Assembly: GCA_047495785.1 (NCBI GenBank)
Contig: JBLDXI010000004.1
Span: 806,001 to 870,000 of the forward strand
Length of the DNA: 64,000 nucleotides
From: Lepidodermella squamata
Taxonomy: Eukaryota > Animalia > Gastrotricha
Reading direction: 5' to 3'
Under the pieces are notes generated by a model, which did not search any database, had not been told where the DNA came from, and was given only the letters and a program-made list of their open reading frames with translations. The translations under genes were made by a program, and so were the position numbers. This document shows positions 1 to 12,400 of this stretch, piece after piece (within the stretch, counting starts at the first letter, position 1; the number at the start of each line of letters is the position of its first letter).

Positions 1-926
1 ACCAAAATATGCATAGCTTTCCATCTTTTTCTAAACGCTGAGCGTCACTTTGTGCTAAATCGCACAAAAACCTCATAAAAACGAGGCTTTTGAAGGCGTT
101 ATTTCAAAATCTAACATGGTAACGCCTCAATTTTTTTGCGCTAACCGAAAGAGCAAGACGAAAAACGTAAGTTACATGGAGAAAAGCGTGGCCTTACCGG
201 CGTCGTTGTGAAACTGTTTGCGACCAAAAGCGGTTAACTCCAGAGCAAGTGTCTACATTGGGCTCTATAATTTCATATCCATAAAAGATATGGCGTGATC
301 TATAGACATCCTTGTTTGGCTAGCTCAGTTGTGACTAAAACACGTAAAGACTAATTCTTTAATAGGGTTTTGTGAGCGGTAAATCTAGAAATGCGAAAAA
401 GTTGAAATTTTGAAAGTTTCCTTCAAAGGGAAGAAGCTTTAAAACGACGATGGTAAGGCCACGCTTTTCTCCATGTAACTTACGTTTTTCGTCTTGCTCT
501 TTCGGTTAGCGCAAAAAAATTGAGGCGTTACCATGTTAGATTTTGAAATAACGCCTTCAAAAGCCTCGTTTTTATGAGGTTTTTGTGCGATTTAGCACAA
601 AGTGACGCTCAGCGTTTAGAAAAAGATGGAAAGCTATGCATATTTTGGTCTTAAAAGATACGGCGGACAGCCGCCTACAACTAATATAAATAAAATCCTA
701 ATGTAACCGTTACAGATTTTGAAAAAATTGTGCTGAAAAATTAAGAACACAATTTTCTACTGCGGCAAAATTAATTTTTAAATTAATATTAAATGTATTA
801 AATATTTTTTATTTAATTATAAGAAATATAAATATCACAAAAATAATACGGGTAAAAATTGTGGCCCGATTTTTTTGCGTTTTCAATGACCTTCACCAGG
901 GGGGACCTTACTTTTTGTGCGTACTG
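1..926. mobile_element. Non-autonomous foldback / Tc1-mariner-like element, cut by the window start
   Basis: Positions 1-198 match the reverse complement of 452-649. The right end ...CCTTACTTTTTGTGCGTACTG|TA reads TA|CAGTACGC on the minus strand, a Tc1-type terminus with a TA target. Confidence 0.7.
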
Positions 927-1116
927 TATATATAATGTTGATAACTGCTTTATATTTCAAGAAAGTGCGATTTTGCAATATTATTTTCGAGAACAAACTC
1001 GGGCATCTATCTTCTTTCCCATATCATTATGGTGGATATTGTTAATTTTGCTCTCTTACTCGATATTCTGTAATTTCTTTCCGCCTGTAATATTTCACGT
1101 TGGTTTTTTCGGCTAG

Positions 1117-3371
1117 ATGAATCTAATAATTCACATCAGCTTGTTGCTCCTTGCTGCAGACGCTCAACGTGTCACACCTTCGTTATGGAGGCGTTGTTTC
1201 TCACTTTTCGATAACGACTTTAACAGCTGTTCAAATGATTGCAGGGAAGTCGAATACCAGGTTATTACAGTCATTCAAATACTTTGAGTTTTAACTTAAT
1301 TATCCTAAAATTTATCCCTTACCAAGTCCGCCATATGGTTCGATAGGTTTACCGATTGCCGTGTTGGGGTGAGTGTGAATATGAAACTATTCCATTTTGC
1401 TGAATTTGTGTTCATTTTGCTGTGTAGAACGCTCGACTTTGCTACAACCGTTTTGAATACAGCTTCAGGTGCATTCCTCACGGATTGCAATGCAACAAAA
1501 CCACCGAGAGCCAGGTTTTAAATGCGTCTCGGTTTTCTTAACTTTTTACAACATCATATCGACTCGCAGGCTGGATTCTTCAATGGACTTCAGACATTTT
1601 CGGGCAATTGGGCGCAATGCTTGGATGCCGTACTACGCTTGCCTGTGAGTTGCGAGCCTTTTACCCATAATCTGTTGACTTAATTGAATATCAATTTTTG
1701 ATTCAGTTGCAGCCATTTGAACGCTGTTTTTCTGGCGGAAGCTTTGTTTCCTATTTTCCTATTTCTCTTGGCTGCCCAGCAAATTTGGTAATTTCACAGT
1801 GCTGACATCTGATTTCAATTAGTACTGATTTCAAGGACGTTATCGGAGATCTACTTCCCTCCGGCAATCTAGAACAATGCGCAAGAGGCTTTGGTAAATT
1901 TTCGGGTATCCTCGCTCACTTCAATTAACCTCAATATTTCCTGCATTTTTGATAGTCCCTCCTGCTGTTATTGATGACCAAAAGCCGCACGTTCGCTGTA
2001 TGGACGAGAGAACTGGCAAGTTTGTAGCTTGCCGCCGCGAAAGCACAGGCTGCTCACCAGACATCCAGATGACTGCGCCACAGCCTTACGCAAACAAAAA
2101 CATGTGCCTTAAAGGGGTGAGTTCTTGCAATACTATTTTCACTGCATTTTCTGTGGTTATTCTGCATTTTTTGCTTTTTTATTAAGAATGCTGTGCTCTG
2201 CCACGAATCATCCGGCGTAACGTGTCGTGCCTTCTGCGAGACAAAATCAGATAGAGTTTGACCGAAATCAACCAGTCATCCTTTTTTATGCTGTGTATTT
2301 TCACAGCTATCGGTCTTCTCGAGTTCCGCAGACTTCGCGACTTGAGGAATGTCAGCGTAGCAGATACACTGTGAGTGACTTCGTTTCTTCCCTTTCCGAT
2401 TCCGATTATCGTATATACCGAAGTAGAAGACAACTTCGTACAGCCTCGTCAAAGGCAGTGAGGATCCTCGGGATATTTTTCGGCCTGAATATTATGACCA
2501 AATGTTTTCCCCGTGATTTTTTTTGGTGTTTCCTTGGCCTACGATACCCCTTATTCCCGCGTACTTGGAATCAAAGGGCAGAGCCTCGGGTTCAACCATT
2601 CGAATAACATGCCAATATGCACTATGGCGCGAGTTGATCTGTGAGTTGTGAATATCTTCACAGCTCGCTCACTTTCAGTGGATGAAGTAGGATCCTCGAG
2701 TTGGGGGGAAGGCAGTGTTCGAAGTAGGATCAGGGAGCTGAGGTGTTTCCTAGCAATCAGCCGTAGAAAACAAATGCCCCCTGTGGTTCTTTCAGCCTTC
2801 CGCTGGCTGGAGTTCCGGAGCTGGGGTGTCGCGGCGCCCTAGCACCCCTGTACTTCGCACACTGGGGTATGTGTGGGTAATTTCAGCCCCGAATTTATCT
2901 AGCGAGGATTATCCTGTAGGGTTTCCTGCCAGCGTTCATTTAGCGAACCTGCGTTTATGATAAATAAATATTGTCATGTAAATTTATGGACAGCGTGCGA
3001 AGAATTTCACTGTTGCAATAACGGATTCAGAAACTTTAACGCAAGATGATGCTAGAAGAGCCTGTTCGAACAACTCAAACTCGCGACTGGCTATGATCGA
3101 AACCGAAGCTGAACGACAAGCAGTTTACTCGGCGATGATAGACGCCTCGATCACCACTGCTTACATTGGCTTGTCAAAAACTAGCGACCAGTGGCTGTGG
3201 GACGACGGTTCAGCCTATGAGGACATGCCGCCCTGGGCGCCTGGTTTCCCGTCAGAGGCAAAGATGAACCGATGTGTTGGGCTGGCAAGCATCCTCGACG
3301 CAGCTGTGCATTTGACGGATGGATCTTGCGCTTCGGCTTCAGCTATGGCATACATTTGCGAAACCTTTTGA
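1117..3371 (+). pseudogene. Subtype A copy A1 (signal peptide + 5 four-Cys repeats + CTLD); frameshift and stop in exon 9
   Basis: Exon 1 (1117-1260) reads MNLIIHISLLLLAADAQRVTPSLWRRCFSLFDNDFNSCSNDCREVEYQ; 10 exons can be traced; CTLD exon ~2995-3371. A 5-nt deletion relative to paralog A2 gives TGA at 2343-2345. The exon 2 acceptor is weak and one Cys in exon 5 has become Tyr. Confidence 0.8.
2713..2864. mobile_element. Short hAT-type MITE (CAGTGTGCGAAGTA family) in A1 intron 9
   Basis: TIRs CAGTGTTCGAAGTA / TACTTCGCACACTG. Related copies at ~8842, ~17672 and 24776. Confidence 0.7.
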
Positions 3372-3718
3372 TTTTTTTGAATATTTCCGTCTAATAGTAA
3401 ACGAATTAGCTGAAATGGATAGCTATTTAAATATTGCTTGTGTTGCGATTTTTCCTCTGCTAATTTATTTTTCGTGAGAAAATTATGTGTTTGCCCAGCA
3501 AAATCGATTTGCTGAAAATTAGCATGAATTAGTTTATTACGTTTATCTATTTGTAAAATATATTTGACATCCATCCATCCATCATATATTTGACATTTTT
3601 CCGCCAAAATCAATGGCTATGCTTACTTGAGTAGATAAGTTCTTTCCGTGAAAGATTTCTCGGCAATGAATTATTTTTCTAAGTTCACAAATTGTTCATG
3701 TTCAAATTTTTAGGATAT

Positions 3719-5690
3719 ATGAATCTGCTTATTCGCGTTAGCCTGTGGCTCCTCGTCGTAGACGCTGGTAGTAAGCCGCCAATAAAAAGATGGTGGCGCT
3801 GCTTTTCCGCTCTGAATAGTAAATTCAACGGCTGTCAATACGAATGCAACCAATTCGAGTATAAGGTTATCATTGTCGTTACTTATGCTAATTTGTGACA
3901 TCATTCCTGTCTCTAGTCCGTCGTTCCGTATATATTTCACGAACATTGCGTTGAAGGGGTGTGTTTGAAAATATTCCGGCTACAGTAGCCAATCTATGTT
4001 TTTTTGCTATGAAGAACGTTAAACTCTGCTACGACCATGTGGAATTCAGTTATCGATGCATTGAAGGTGCATGGCAGTGCAAGAAAACCAACGAAATCCA
4101 GGTTTGTGCTCAACAGAAGAAGATGCGTCAGGCTTCCTGCTTGCTTTCTGTAGCCTTTCCATTTTATTATCAATTTACAGGCTGGATTCTACAACATAGG
4201 AACCTTTGGACGCAATTATGCAAACTGTATGACTGCCTCTACAAAATCGCCCGTAAGTAGAACAAATTATAACTAGGTTTATTAGTATTGAAATTTCTGA
4301 TAATAAATAAATTAACTAGTCTCAAATAATAGTTTCAAAAATCTTCACTTTTCAACTAATTAAAAAAATTCAAAGTTATTTTCCAACGACAATTGGTAAG
4401 AAAATTGAAATTAATGAAATTGAATTGCATTTACTTCTACTCGAGAAAAAAGTGGCTTTCGATTTCAGTTGAAGCCATTTGAACGGTGCTTATCTGGCGG
4501 CAAATTTGTATCCTGTTTTCCTCTTTCCCTCGGCTGTCCAGCCCATTTGGTGAGTCGAACAGCCAAGTCCGAACTGCTTTCACCTTTTTTTTTAAAGGAC
4601 GTTAACGACGATCTACCTACCTACAACAATCTAGAATCATGCTTGAGGTAGTTTTGGAAGTCGGAAAAACCTTTTCACCTATGCGCCTATTTGAACTTCT
4701 TTACCATGTGGCTTTTAATGATAATGTTACAGTGCCACAAGCTGTTATCGATGACCAAAAGCCGCACGTACGCTGAGTGGACAAGAAGGCGGGTGATTTC
4801 GTGGGGTGCCGCCTCAAAAGCACAGGCTGCTCTCCAGATACCAAGATGTACGCGCCGCGACCTTTTGCAAATAAGAAAATGTGTCTGAAAGGGTGACTAC
4901 ACAAAAACAGTTATAAACCACAATAAGATACTTCTGATTTGCCAATGAATTTCAACGCACAATTTTTTATGTAAATGTGTGTTTAGAATTCTGTGAAATG
5001 CAACACCTCATCCGGCGCAACTTGAGGTTCTTTTTGCCAGAACGACTCAGATATAGTTTGGTTTCAAATAATGTATTTCCAACTTTTTATGCCGAGATTT
5101 AAACAGAACTTCGTCTTTTCGGGTTCGAGAGACTTCGCGACTAATTATCAGCAGTGCCGACTTGGTGGAAACATTGTGAGCGACTTTGCTTCTTCCTATT
5201 CTGAATTTGACAAAATCATGAATGAATAATAATGTCTGTGGTTTAAGCCGTAAATCAAATCAAATCCAAAGCTCGGGCTAAATTATGCTCATCAAACACA
5301 CATTTTATATAACTGTAATGATGTTTACACGAACTTATGATTGTCATTTTGCTAGCAACGTACGAAGACTTTCACTGTTGTATTGAATGGCGAAGGATTA
5401 ACGCAAGATGATGCCATGAAGGCATGTTCGAAAAAGCCTAACTCAAGACTGGCGGTAATCGAAACCGAAGCTGAGCGACGAGCTTTTAATGCCGCGATGC
5501 ATGAAGCCCCGACCTCCTTCGCAATGATTGGCTTGTCGAAAATTGACGACCAGTGGTTGTGGGATGACAGTTCAGTTTCAGCCTATGTGGGCATGCCACC
5601 CTGGGCGCCAGACTACCCGTCAAAGGCCAAGTTGAACAAATGTGTTGGGGTGGCGGGCCTTGTCATAGGAGAATTGTATTTGATTTCCCC
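3719..5690 (+). pseudogene. Subtype A copy A2, pseudogene with 3'-truncated CTLD
   Basis: Starts MNLLIRVSLWLLVVDAGSKPPIKRWWRCFSALNSKFNGC with the same exon series as A1. In-frame stops at 4649 (TAG), 4774 and 5023 (TGA). The CTLD exon breaks off at ~5690. Confidence 0.85.
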
Positions 5691-5919
5691 AAACAGGATA
5701 ACCGGGACTTCGCGAACGCGAGTGACTGCAATAAAGGCGTAAGATTTAATTACACATGATCACTGATGATTCCTTACAACGATTTTTGGCAACAGAGCGT
5801 TGTTATGTGCTACAAATTCGAGGTTCTTACTCCGTGGTGCGTGCCTGGAAACATCGGATGCGACGAGGTGAACGAAACGACGGTAAGTTGTTTGAACATT
5901 TTTCTGCGGAATCAGAGAC

Positions 5920-6296
5920 TTTGATTTGATTTGATTTGATTTCGGCCATTTTTCGTTGATTTGATTTGCAAATGATTCAGCCCCCTTGATTTACGCTGAT
6001 TTAGAGTATTCAAAACTCTTGGGATTCCCCCTTTTACCTATCATGAGAACTTGCATTTGAGTCGAAACACCTCTTTTCGTTTAAAGGATTGCTAAAACTG
6101 GAGCCATTCTACTCCTTTTGAAGTTACCCTGCCAAAGTCAACCTTAAAATGTGAAACAATTCTCCGAAATTTACCGTAATAATCAAGGTTTTCTATGCGG
6201 AAGATTTGATTTCATTTGATTTAGACTGGTCGAATGATGTGATTTGATTGTTTTACAATGGATTTTTCGTGGATTTTATTTGAAATGATTGATTTA
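5920..6296. repeat. (GATTT)n-rich degenerate repeat, probably the end of a non-autonomous element
   Basis: Clusters of TTGATTTGATTTG at 5920-5970 and 6203-6296; complementary AAATCAAATCAAATC at ~5252. Confidence 0.5.
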
Positions 6297-7042
6297 ACAA
6301 GACCCGTGATTCGTCACCGTGATTACAGTGAGTGATTCGTCGTGAGTTGAGGAGTCCATCGAAGTCCCATCGAAGTCCCATAGTCATAGCACTCCCAACT
6401 GAGAAGCAGTTAATTCCCTAAGAGTCGGGTCCACCTTAACAAAATGACTGTAACACCAGGAAAAAAATCACCCTAATAGGGGTGATGGGTGAAAAAAAAT
6501 TAGCTTGTGAAATCATCCGAGGGCCTTAATGAGGTGTGAGTATCCTTATTTCCCATTTTTCATAATTTATCGGAATTCATGCTCAAAAAGTGAAAGTCAT
6601 TCCATGATCATGATTTAATTGTGTATTAATTACGAAATTTGACGATTTTCATTGCAAATCTTGAGATGGTTGCTATTTGAAATGTTGCCACGTAACATAA
6701 TATGGCGCTCACTCATGTCTAACGCATCCCATTTTCACTTGATCAGTGGTACATTTTTATTTTAGTTCATTTTGCCTACAATATGAAATCCTATTGCTAT
6801 CGATTCAATTTGATTTACTATTCGATTTTTCAGTGGGAAAGTGTGCTCAAAACGTCCAACATTTTGGGTCCAAGCAATAAAATAGCACACAATGTACAGT
6901 ATTTTTCTCAAAATTTCTTTAAACATGAACTCGGCTCTCAACTGCAATTTCAGCCGGCCTTCAGTCGAATAAAATTGGATGCGAGCAAAGGGAGCTTTAG
7001 CTAACGCTCTTTTTAAAGATTTTTACTGCTGGAAGAGTGACT

Positions 7043-7165
7043 AAAAATGAACCAAATTTTCGCAATATTCAAGTTTTATGAAAACCATCAGGCGACCCCA
7101 GCGACCCTCGGCTGACTCGGCGACCAACGAAAAAAGGGCCCTCGACCCCCAGTTTGAGAAGCCGG
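7043..7165 (+). mobile_element. Fragment of the hAT MITE family seen at 8660-8817 and 17546-17647
   Basis: AAAAATGAACCAAAT...CATCAGGCGACCCC...CAGTTTGAGAA is shared with those copies. Confidence 0.65.
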
Positions 7166-7596
7166 CGCGACCCCGTTTAGCGGCGATGGAGCTTGGCGGT
7201 CTTTGGCGACGGTCTTTAGCGGACGCCGTTCTCCCGTGACCTCGCGGCGGCCCGGCAGCGATGATACCGGGCGCATCAGCATCGACAGCCTCGTTAGTGG
7301 CAGCGGCAGATTTCGCGCGGCGAGTACCAGCCATGATTTTGAAACATGATATTTAAACATTTCCAAAACTCAAAACTTGTAATCGAGTTTTTCGCGTGCG
7401 TTCGTGTCGATAAATATGCAACACGGCGTGGCGTGCTCTATTTGTAGCATGAGCAGCAACATGACACAGATTAATTAGTGCGCGCATTGGTTTTCATGCA
7501 TTAGTCGCATCAGAGGCTTTTACACTGGCTTTATTCCCAAACAACTTCAACGCGTTGAAGGTTCAAACCTCATTACAGTCAGCTCTCGCCATAGCG

Positions 7597-7795
7597 TACT
7601 TCATGGCTGTACACTTTCCGCCATCGTACACATTTTTCCACGGTCAATGCGAGATTGTATAGGAGTATGCATACTTTCCTCTCGCTGCTGTACACTTTCA
7701 GCTGGGTACACAATTCGCCTGCGTACACCTTTTCCGGCGGTCCCGCCTACACATAAACTGTAGAAAACTCTCCCGCAAGTGTACACTTTCGTCCA
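7597..7795. repeat. Degenerate array of TACACTTTCC-like units
   Basis: About 8 variants of TACAC(T/A)TTTCC at irregular spacing, resembling subterminal repeats of a DNA element. Confidence 0.45.
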
Positions 7796-8659
7796 AAAGA
7801 GCGGAGAAAGTCTGGTCCGCGCATTTATATATGACTCTCAAAAAGCGCGCCTTAGCAATTATGTAACATTATTTTCATCGCAGAAAGGATTTTTTCGATG
7901 TGTGGCAAACGTTGATGGTGCAGTTCGATGCGTGTCTAACGTAACGGGTTGCGATGCTGTCAAGGAGCTGAGAATCCCAGTCGATGTCGTTTACCCGAAT
8001 ACGACCAGTTGCAGGAAAGCCGCTAAGAGGTACTTCAGGATAGGTCCAGCTTTGACCTGGGAACAAGTGACAGCGCGTTTCGAACCTGTGTTCGCGTTTC
8101 GAACAGTTTAGCGACTGTGAGATCAAGTGAAGAGCTCGAGCGATTCCTCAACGTTCTCTATGGTGATAAAGGTTCTTGGGTTGGCTTGACTCGAGAGAAT
8201 GGCGTTTTGAAGTGGATAGATGGCTCTGATTACACTGGTATGCCGAAATTGGATTACTATGATGGATACAGGGATGGCTGCTATAAAATACGTACAAGAA
8301 TAATCGATGAAAACCCTGACTATTCAGTCGGATATTTCCGCTGTGATCAGCCATCACGTTCGGCGATTCTCGAAACATTCAGACCCGAGGAGAAGGTAAG
8401 TGCACCTGAGTTGTTGTGAGGCAGCATCATTTTGAGCTGGTGCCAATTTTAAGTAATCACCTCGGGGACGAAACTAGGAAGCATTTCATTTTATTTTCGA
8501 CGACAATCCCACCTCTTGGTAGACTTTTATTACTATCAACGTCCTCTCGGTATCTCGAACGGATTTGTACGATACTTACTTTAATAGAAAGGGGTTAAAC
8601 CAGTGTACGACTTCCAAGACTTCCAGGGCATGCTAGTGTGGTTGCTAGCTGGATTATCC

Positions 8660-8817
8660 CAGGGCTTCTCAACGCCAAACCCTTGACGACCCAAAAATAT
8701 AAAATTCTTACCAGGCTGCGACCCCTAGAAGAATTTTCTAGAAGAGGTTTATGAAAATCATCAGGCGACCCCCGCGACCCCCGGCTGAGTCGGCGACCCC
8801 CAGTTTGAGAAACCCTG
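8660..8817. mobile_element. hAT MITE, internally deleted
   Basis: TIRs CAGGGCTTCTCAAC / GTTTGAGAAACCCTG. 8-bp flanks GATTATCC / GGTTATGC (GGTTATCC in the duplicate). Confidence 0.7.
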
Positions 8818-8841
8818 GGTTATGCCCAAACTCGTCCAGGC

Positions 8842-8978
8842 CAATTGTGCGAAGTAGGATCCGGGAGCTTGTTTTCTATCACCGAGCCGAAAAAAACCAA
8901 AGGGTCTCTCGTGTGGTTTTTCAGCCTTCCTCTTGCTGAAGTCCCGGACACCCCAGCAACCCTGTACTTTGTACCCTG
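8842..8978. mobile_element. Short hAT-type MITE (same family as 2713 and 24776); duplicate at ~17672-17808
   Basis: TGTGCGAAGTAGGATCCGGGAGCT...CCTGTACTTTGTACCCTG. Confidence 0.65.
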
Positions 8979-10149
8979 ACCAGACAAGACAACGAAATGA
9001 GAAATCTAATCTCAGGGGTTTTGAACCGTGTATTAAGGGAACATCTTTTACATTTTCTTCCTTCGCCAGTCGAATTTTGGCAAAATCAGGAAAAAATATT
9101 TCTTAGCAGCGCCGGGATCCATGATCGTACCCTGGAAATCCTTGAAAACATTGATCTAGTTTCCACGAGGGCGTCTAAATTTAATTTGATGTAGGGTCCG
9201 AATGCATTCAAGGTTGTGTCAAACTTCGAAGTGCCGAATTTCACACAAGACAGAGCGAGAAAGAGGTGTTTACGCGTTGCACCAGACGGGCGATTGGCAA
9301 TCATTGCTGACGAGGCAGATCGTCAAGCTGTATACACGTCGATGGTGAGTGAGAATGTTAAAAAAACCTACGTCGGTTTGAGGAAAACAAACGGCCAGTG
9401 GTTGTGGGGCGATGGTACCCCGTATGCTGGCATTCCACCATGGGGCTCGGGCAAGCCGGATGGTGCCAAGTTGGGCTATTGTGTTGGCCTGGCGGCTATC
9501 GAATCAGGCTCATTGGTGTTGACGGACGGCTCTTGCGATGAGCCATCTGCCGAGGCAGCAGTCTGCGAGTCGAATATGATTCCCTAGTGACCACAGTGAC
9601 GCCTGGTGAAAACAAGAAATGAAAAGTAGCCGCTAATGTGTGACAGATGAGACTTGAGCTTATGTTTGCGACTGGTATGCCTGGTGCCTGGCTACGCCAA
9701 TAAAGAAATGTAAAGAGCTTATTGCGTTGAAATTGTATTTTCGTCTGATATTAAAATCTCTCAGAGAGCGAAGTGCCGCATGGGATGTTAGAAATCATGT
9801 TGTCGAATCTGCGCGAATGATGAAATCCCGAAGAATTTTCGATTTCACGGAACAAAATTCGCAAGTTATGACTCTTTTCAAGGATAACGATTCTCTTCCA
9901 TTGTTGCTCTCCACCAGTTCTGCTCAGGTTTTCGCATATTCACAAGCTTCAAAAACATACCTAATTTTTTTATTCACATACTTTTTTTGCGGAAAGAGAG
10001 CGGAGACAGGGAGAAAATAAGTTTTAAAGATTTGGTTGCTTTTGCTGTTGAACTTAACCGACTTCATAACTGAGCACCATCAGCTTTATTGTGATGAATT
10101 TGAGATGAATCGTATTTGCCTTCACATTTTCTTGGCAAGACTCATCGAA

Positions 10150-10666
10150 CAATTTTTTATGGTTGTAATCGGAGCAGGGGATATTTTCAAGGTGCGGTAT
10201 ATTAATGATCCATCACAAATTTCCCAGAAAAAGGCTAAATAGTGCCAACGCCGCTGTTGTTTTATTTTTTATTGGACCGAAATATGATGAAGGGAGGATA
10301 AGCAAAGCTTATTTTTGTGTAAATTCAAGTAATATACGATCGGACCACGTTATCAGCCATAAATCAGTAATACTGGACGAATATTTGAAAATGAATGGTC
10401 TGGACCCTGACCACAGCCTCTCCCACTTCGCCCTTCCTGCCTTTATTGGGGTAACACTTATAATTTATAATATTATGCCCAGCCCAAGTTGAGCAACAGA
10501 CTTATGGGGTGGTTATTAAGATTTTGTTATTTTTTTACTCGCGCTCCGAGTGACGGGGTAGTAGTTAGAGGTGCGGTATATTTATGATAAAACGGAAAGT
10601 TTTGTAGGGTTGTATTCGGGGTGGGGGATATTATCGAGGTGCGGTATATTTTCGAGAAATGCGGTA
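10150..10666. mobile_element. Remnant of a pogo/Tc-like MITE (duplicate at ~18980-19496)
   Basis: GGTGCGGTATATT occurs three times; right end ...TTTTCGAGAAATGCGG|TA. No left end identified. Confidence 0.4.
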
Positions 10667-10967
10667 AATTCGCTCCATCAACCCATCTTTCGGTCCGCAT
10701 AAGTCAGCCACATGAACGTTGAAAAAATAATTCAGAAATCAGGAAAAAGCGTTGGTAATTGCCATTTTAACAAGCTAATCCCAAGTCCCCACCGTTGCGT
10801 GTTATGTGTTATGCGCTGTTTTATCTCTCGCACTTTTTTAACCCTGATATTTTATTTCCAATATTACGTGTTCTCCATCAAAATGTTATCACCGTAGAAG
10901 ACTCTAGGACTTAATTTCTTCCTTACAAGGGCGACTATTCAATACACTCTCTATCGGAGCGGTATTT

Positions 10968-12293
10968 TCATTTTTGACATAGATAGCCCTCTGCAGAGGA
11001 CGCGTCGCAAGAGCTATCCTTCAGTTTAAGCGAACCAGACTCAATCGTCGCTAGGCCAACGCAATAGCCCAGCAGTTCACTATTCGGCATGCCTGCAGCC
11101 CAAGGCGGAATACCATCGCCCCACAGCCACGTGCCATTCACTTTTGAAAGGTCAATGTACACCCAAGAATGATGCGATTTTGCAATAGCCGCGTATGCAG
11201 CTTGAACTTCAGCCTGACTTTTGATTGTGGCCAATCGAGCGGTTGGAGACCAACTCCAGGTTTTCGCGTTGCTTTGCAGAATAGGACCTTCTCTAGATTG
11301 CACATCGAAACCTCGGAAAATTTAAGTAGATGACTTCTACCAAAATTCAAGGAGCTCACAGCGGTTGTAATGTCTGTAAGGCAGTAGCCATGATTTTCTT
11401 GAAATATCGACCCGTTTGAATAAATTTTCGCCTACACTAGGATAACGCAAAATGAAGAATTTAGCGAACAGATATAAATTACCTGCGTGAATGATTTCGG
11501 GCAAATCGAATAGCAAGATTTGTTTCCAGCCGCGTCAAGGCATTGAACCGCATTCTTTTCAGGACAACATTTTTCAAAAAAGCTGGCATGAATCTCCGCA
11601 AAAGATTTACCCCAATCAAACATTTTTCGCGATTCATGTAGACGCTGGGTGAGTAAAGCTGGGTCTCGTTGTTGGCAAAGCAGCCGCTGCTTTGAGGTCG
11701 ACAGCTGTTGAAAATCCCATTCGAGGAATTGAAACAACGGACGTGCTGGGTCTCGCTTGTCGGCACAGTCACTGCGGGTAGCAAATTTCGATCATTCGAT
11801 TTATAGAAGGCTTAAAAACACCCACATTCCCCGTCGGTACACAATGTCAGATTCATGTACACAGTCGATTCAGTTACCTGAAAAAATTCATGTATCAATC
11901 ATCGGGAATCATGGAAAACAAAAGTAGGCCATCAGTTGGTCATTTGTTACCCAATTGTTCGGGCAAGTGAAATTTTTGGGGACAGTTTTGATATCGCCGT
12001 TTAACGAATTGCAGGGTCTAAGAGGGAGAGCTTAAATATCAAGCAATTTCAATAAATGGCGTTACGCTGAATTCAATCTTGTTCGCCTCGCAAGCGTTGA
12101 AGTTGTATTTGAAGCTCAAAGTTTGCGTTGAATTTGCGAACAAGAAGAGCTGATAAACATAGGACATTATAGGAAATTAGGCTGCCGTTCAAACTCTTTC
12201 GTATTATTAGTAAGATGAGCTTGTGGTGATTTTTGCTCGCTTTAGCAGAAAAAAATGAAGTACTCACATTCATTTCATCTTGAGGATTACAGC
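10968..12293 (-). pseudogene. 5'-truncated duplicate of subtype C pseudogene C'
   Basis: Near-identical to 19798-21123; cut inside exon 3 by the retrotransposon 5' end. Confidence 0.88.
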
Positions 12294-12400
12294 GGCACGA
12301 AAAGTCGGCACGAAAAAGGCCTTTCTGCTGCTAATGCAGAGGCTTTAGTCACTGATGAACCAGGTGTACGGGAGGAGGCCCTGAGGCTGCTATTGCCCAC

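Larger units (their letters stand above)
5697..9587 (+). pseudogene. Subtype B remnant B' (exons 2-3, repeat-6+CTLD1 exon, CTLD2 exon)
   Basis: 5697-5882 matches exons 2-3 of B (41661-41845), including the intron. ~7884-8394 is the repeat-6+CTLD1 exon, frameshifted near 8080-8110. 9195-9587 is the CTLD2 exon, close to 46335-46721. Exons 1 and 4-9 not found. Confidence 0.8.
8742..12293 (+). repeat. 3552-bp direct repeat, copy 1
   Basis: Colinear with 17572-21123 at a constant offset of 8830; only about 5 substitutions noticed by eye. Confidence 0.95.

Noticed and set aside
4774-5025. Two in-frame TGA codons at conserved Cys positions in A2 (possible selenocysteine)
   Set aside because: The same copy has a TAG and a damaged donor in exon 6 and has lost its 3' end, leaving no place for a SECIS. 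TGY>TGA is a single-base change, so pseudogene decay explains it.
7041-7366. GC-rich minus-strand ORFs of 92-97 aa
   Set aside because: They overlap a MITE fragment, are low-complexity, and have no family features.
9727-10897. Several 60-100 aa ORFs conserved between 9.7-10.9 kb and 18.5-19.7 kb
   Set aside because: Identity comes from the recent 3.55-kb duplication; the region is AT-rich intergenic/MITE DNA with no protein motifs.
12294-12370. CTGATGA and GAAA near the LINE 5' end (possible hammerhead ribozyme)
   Set aside because: Stems I and II cannot be paired around the core.
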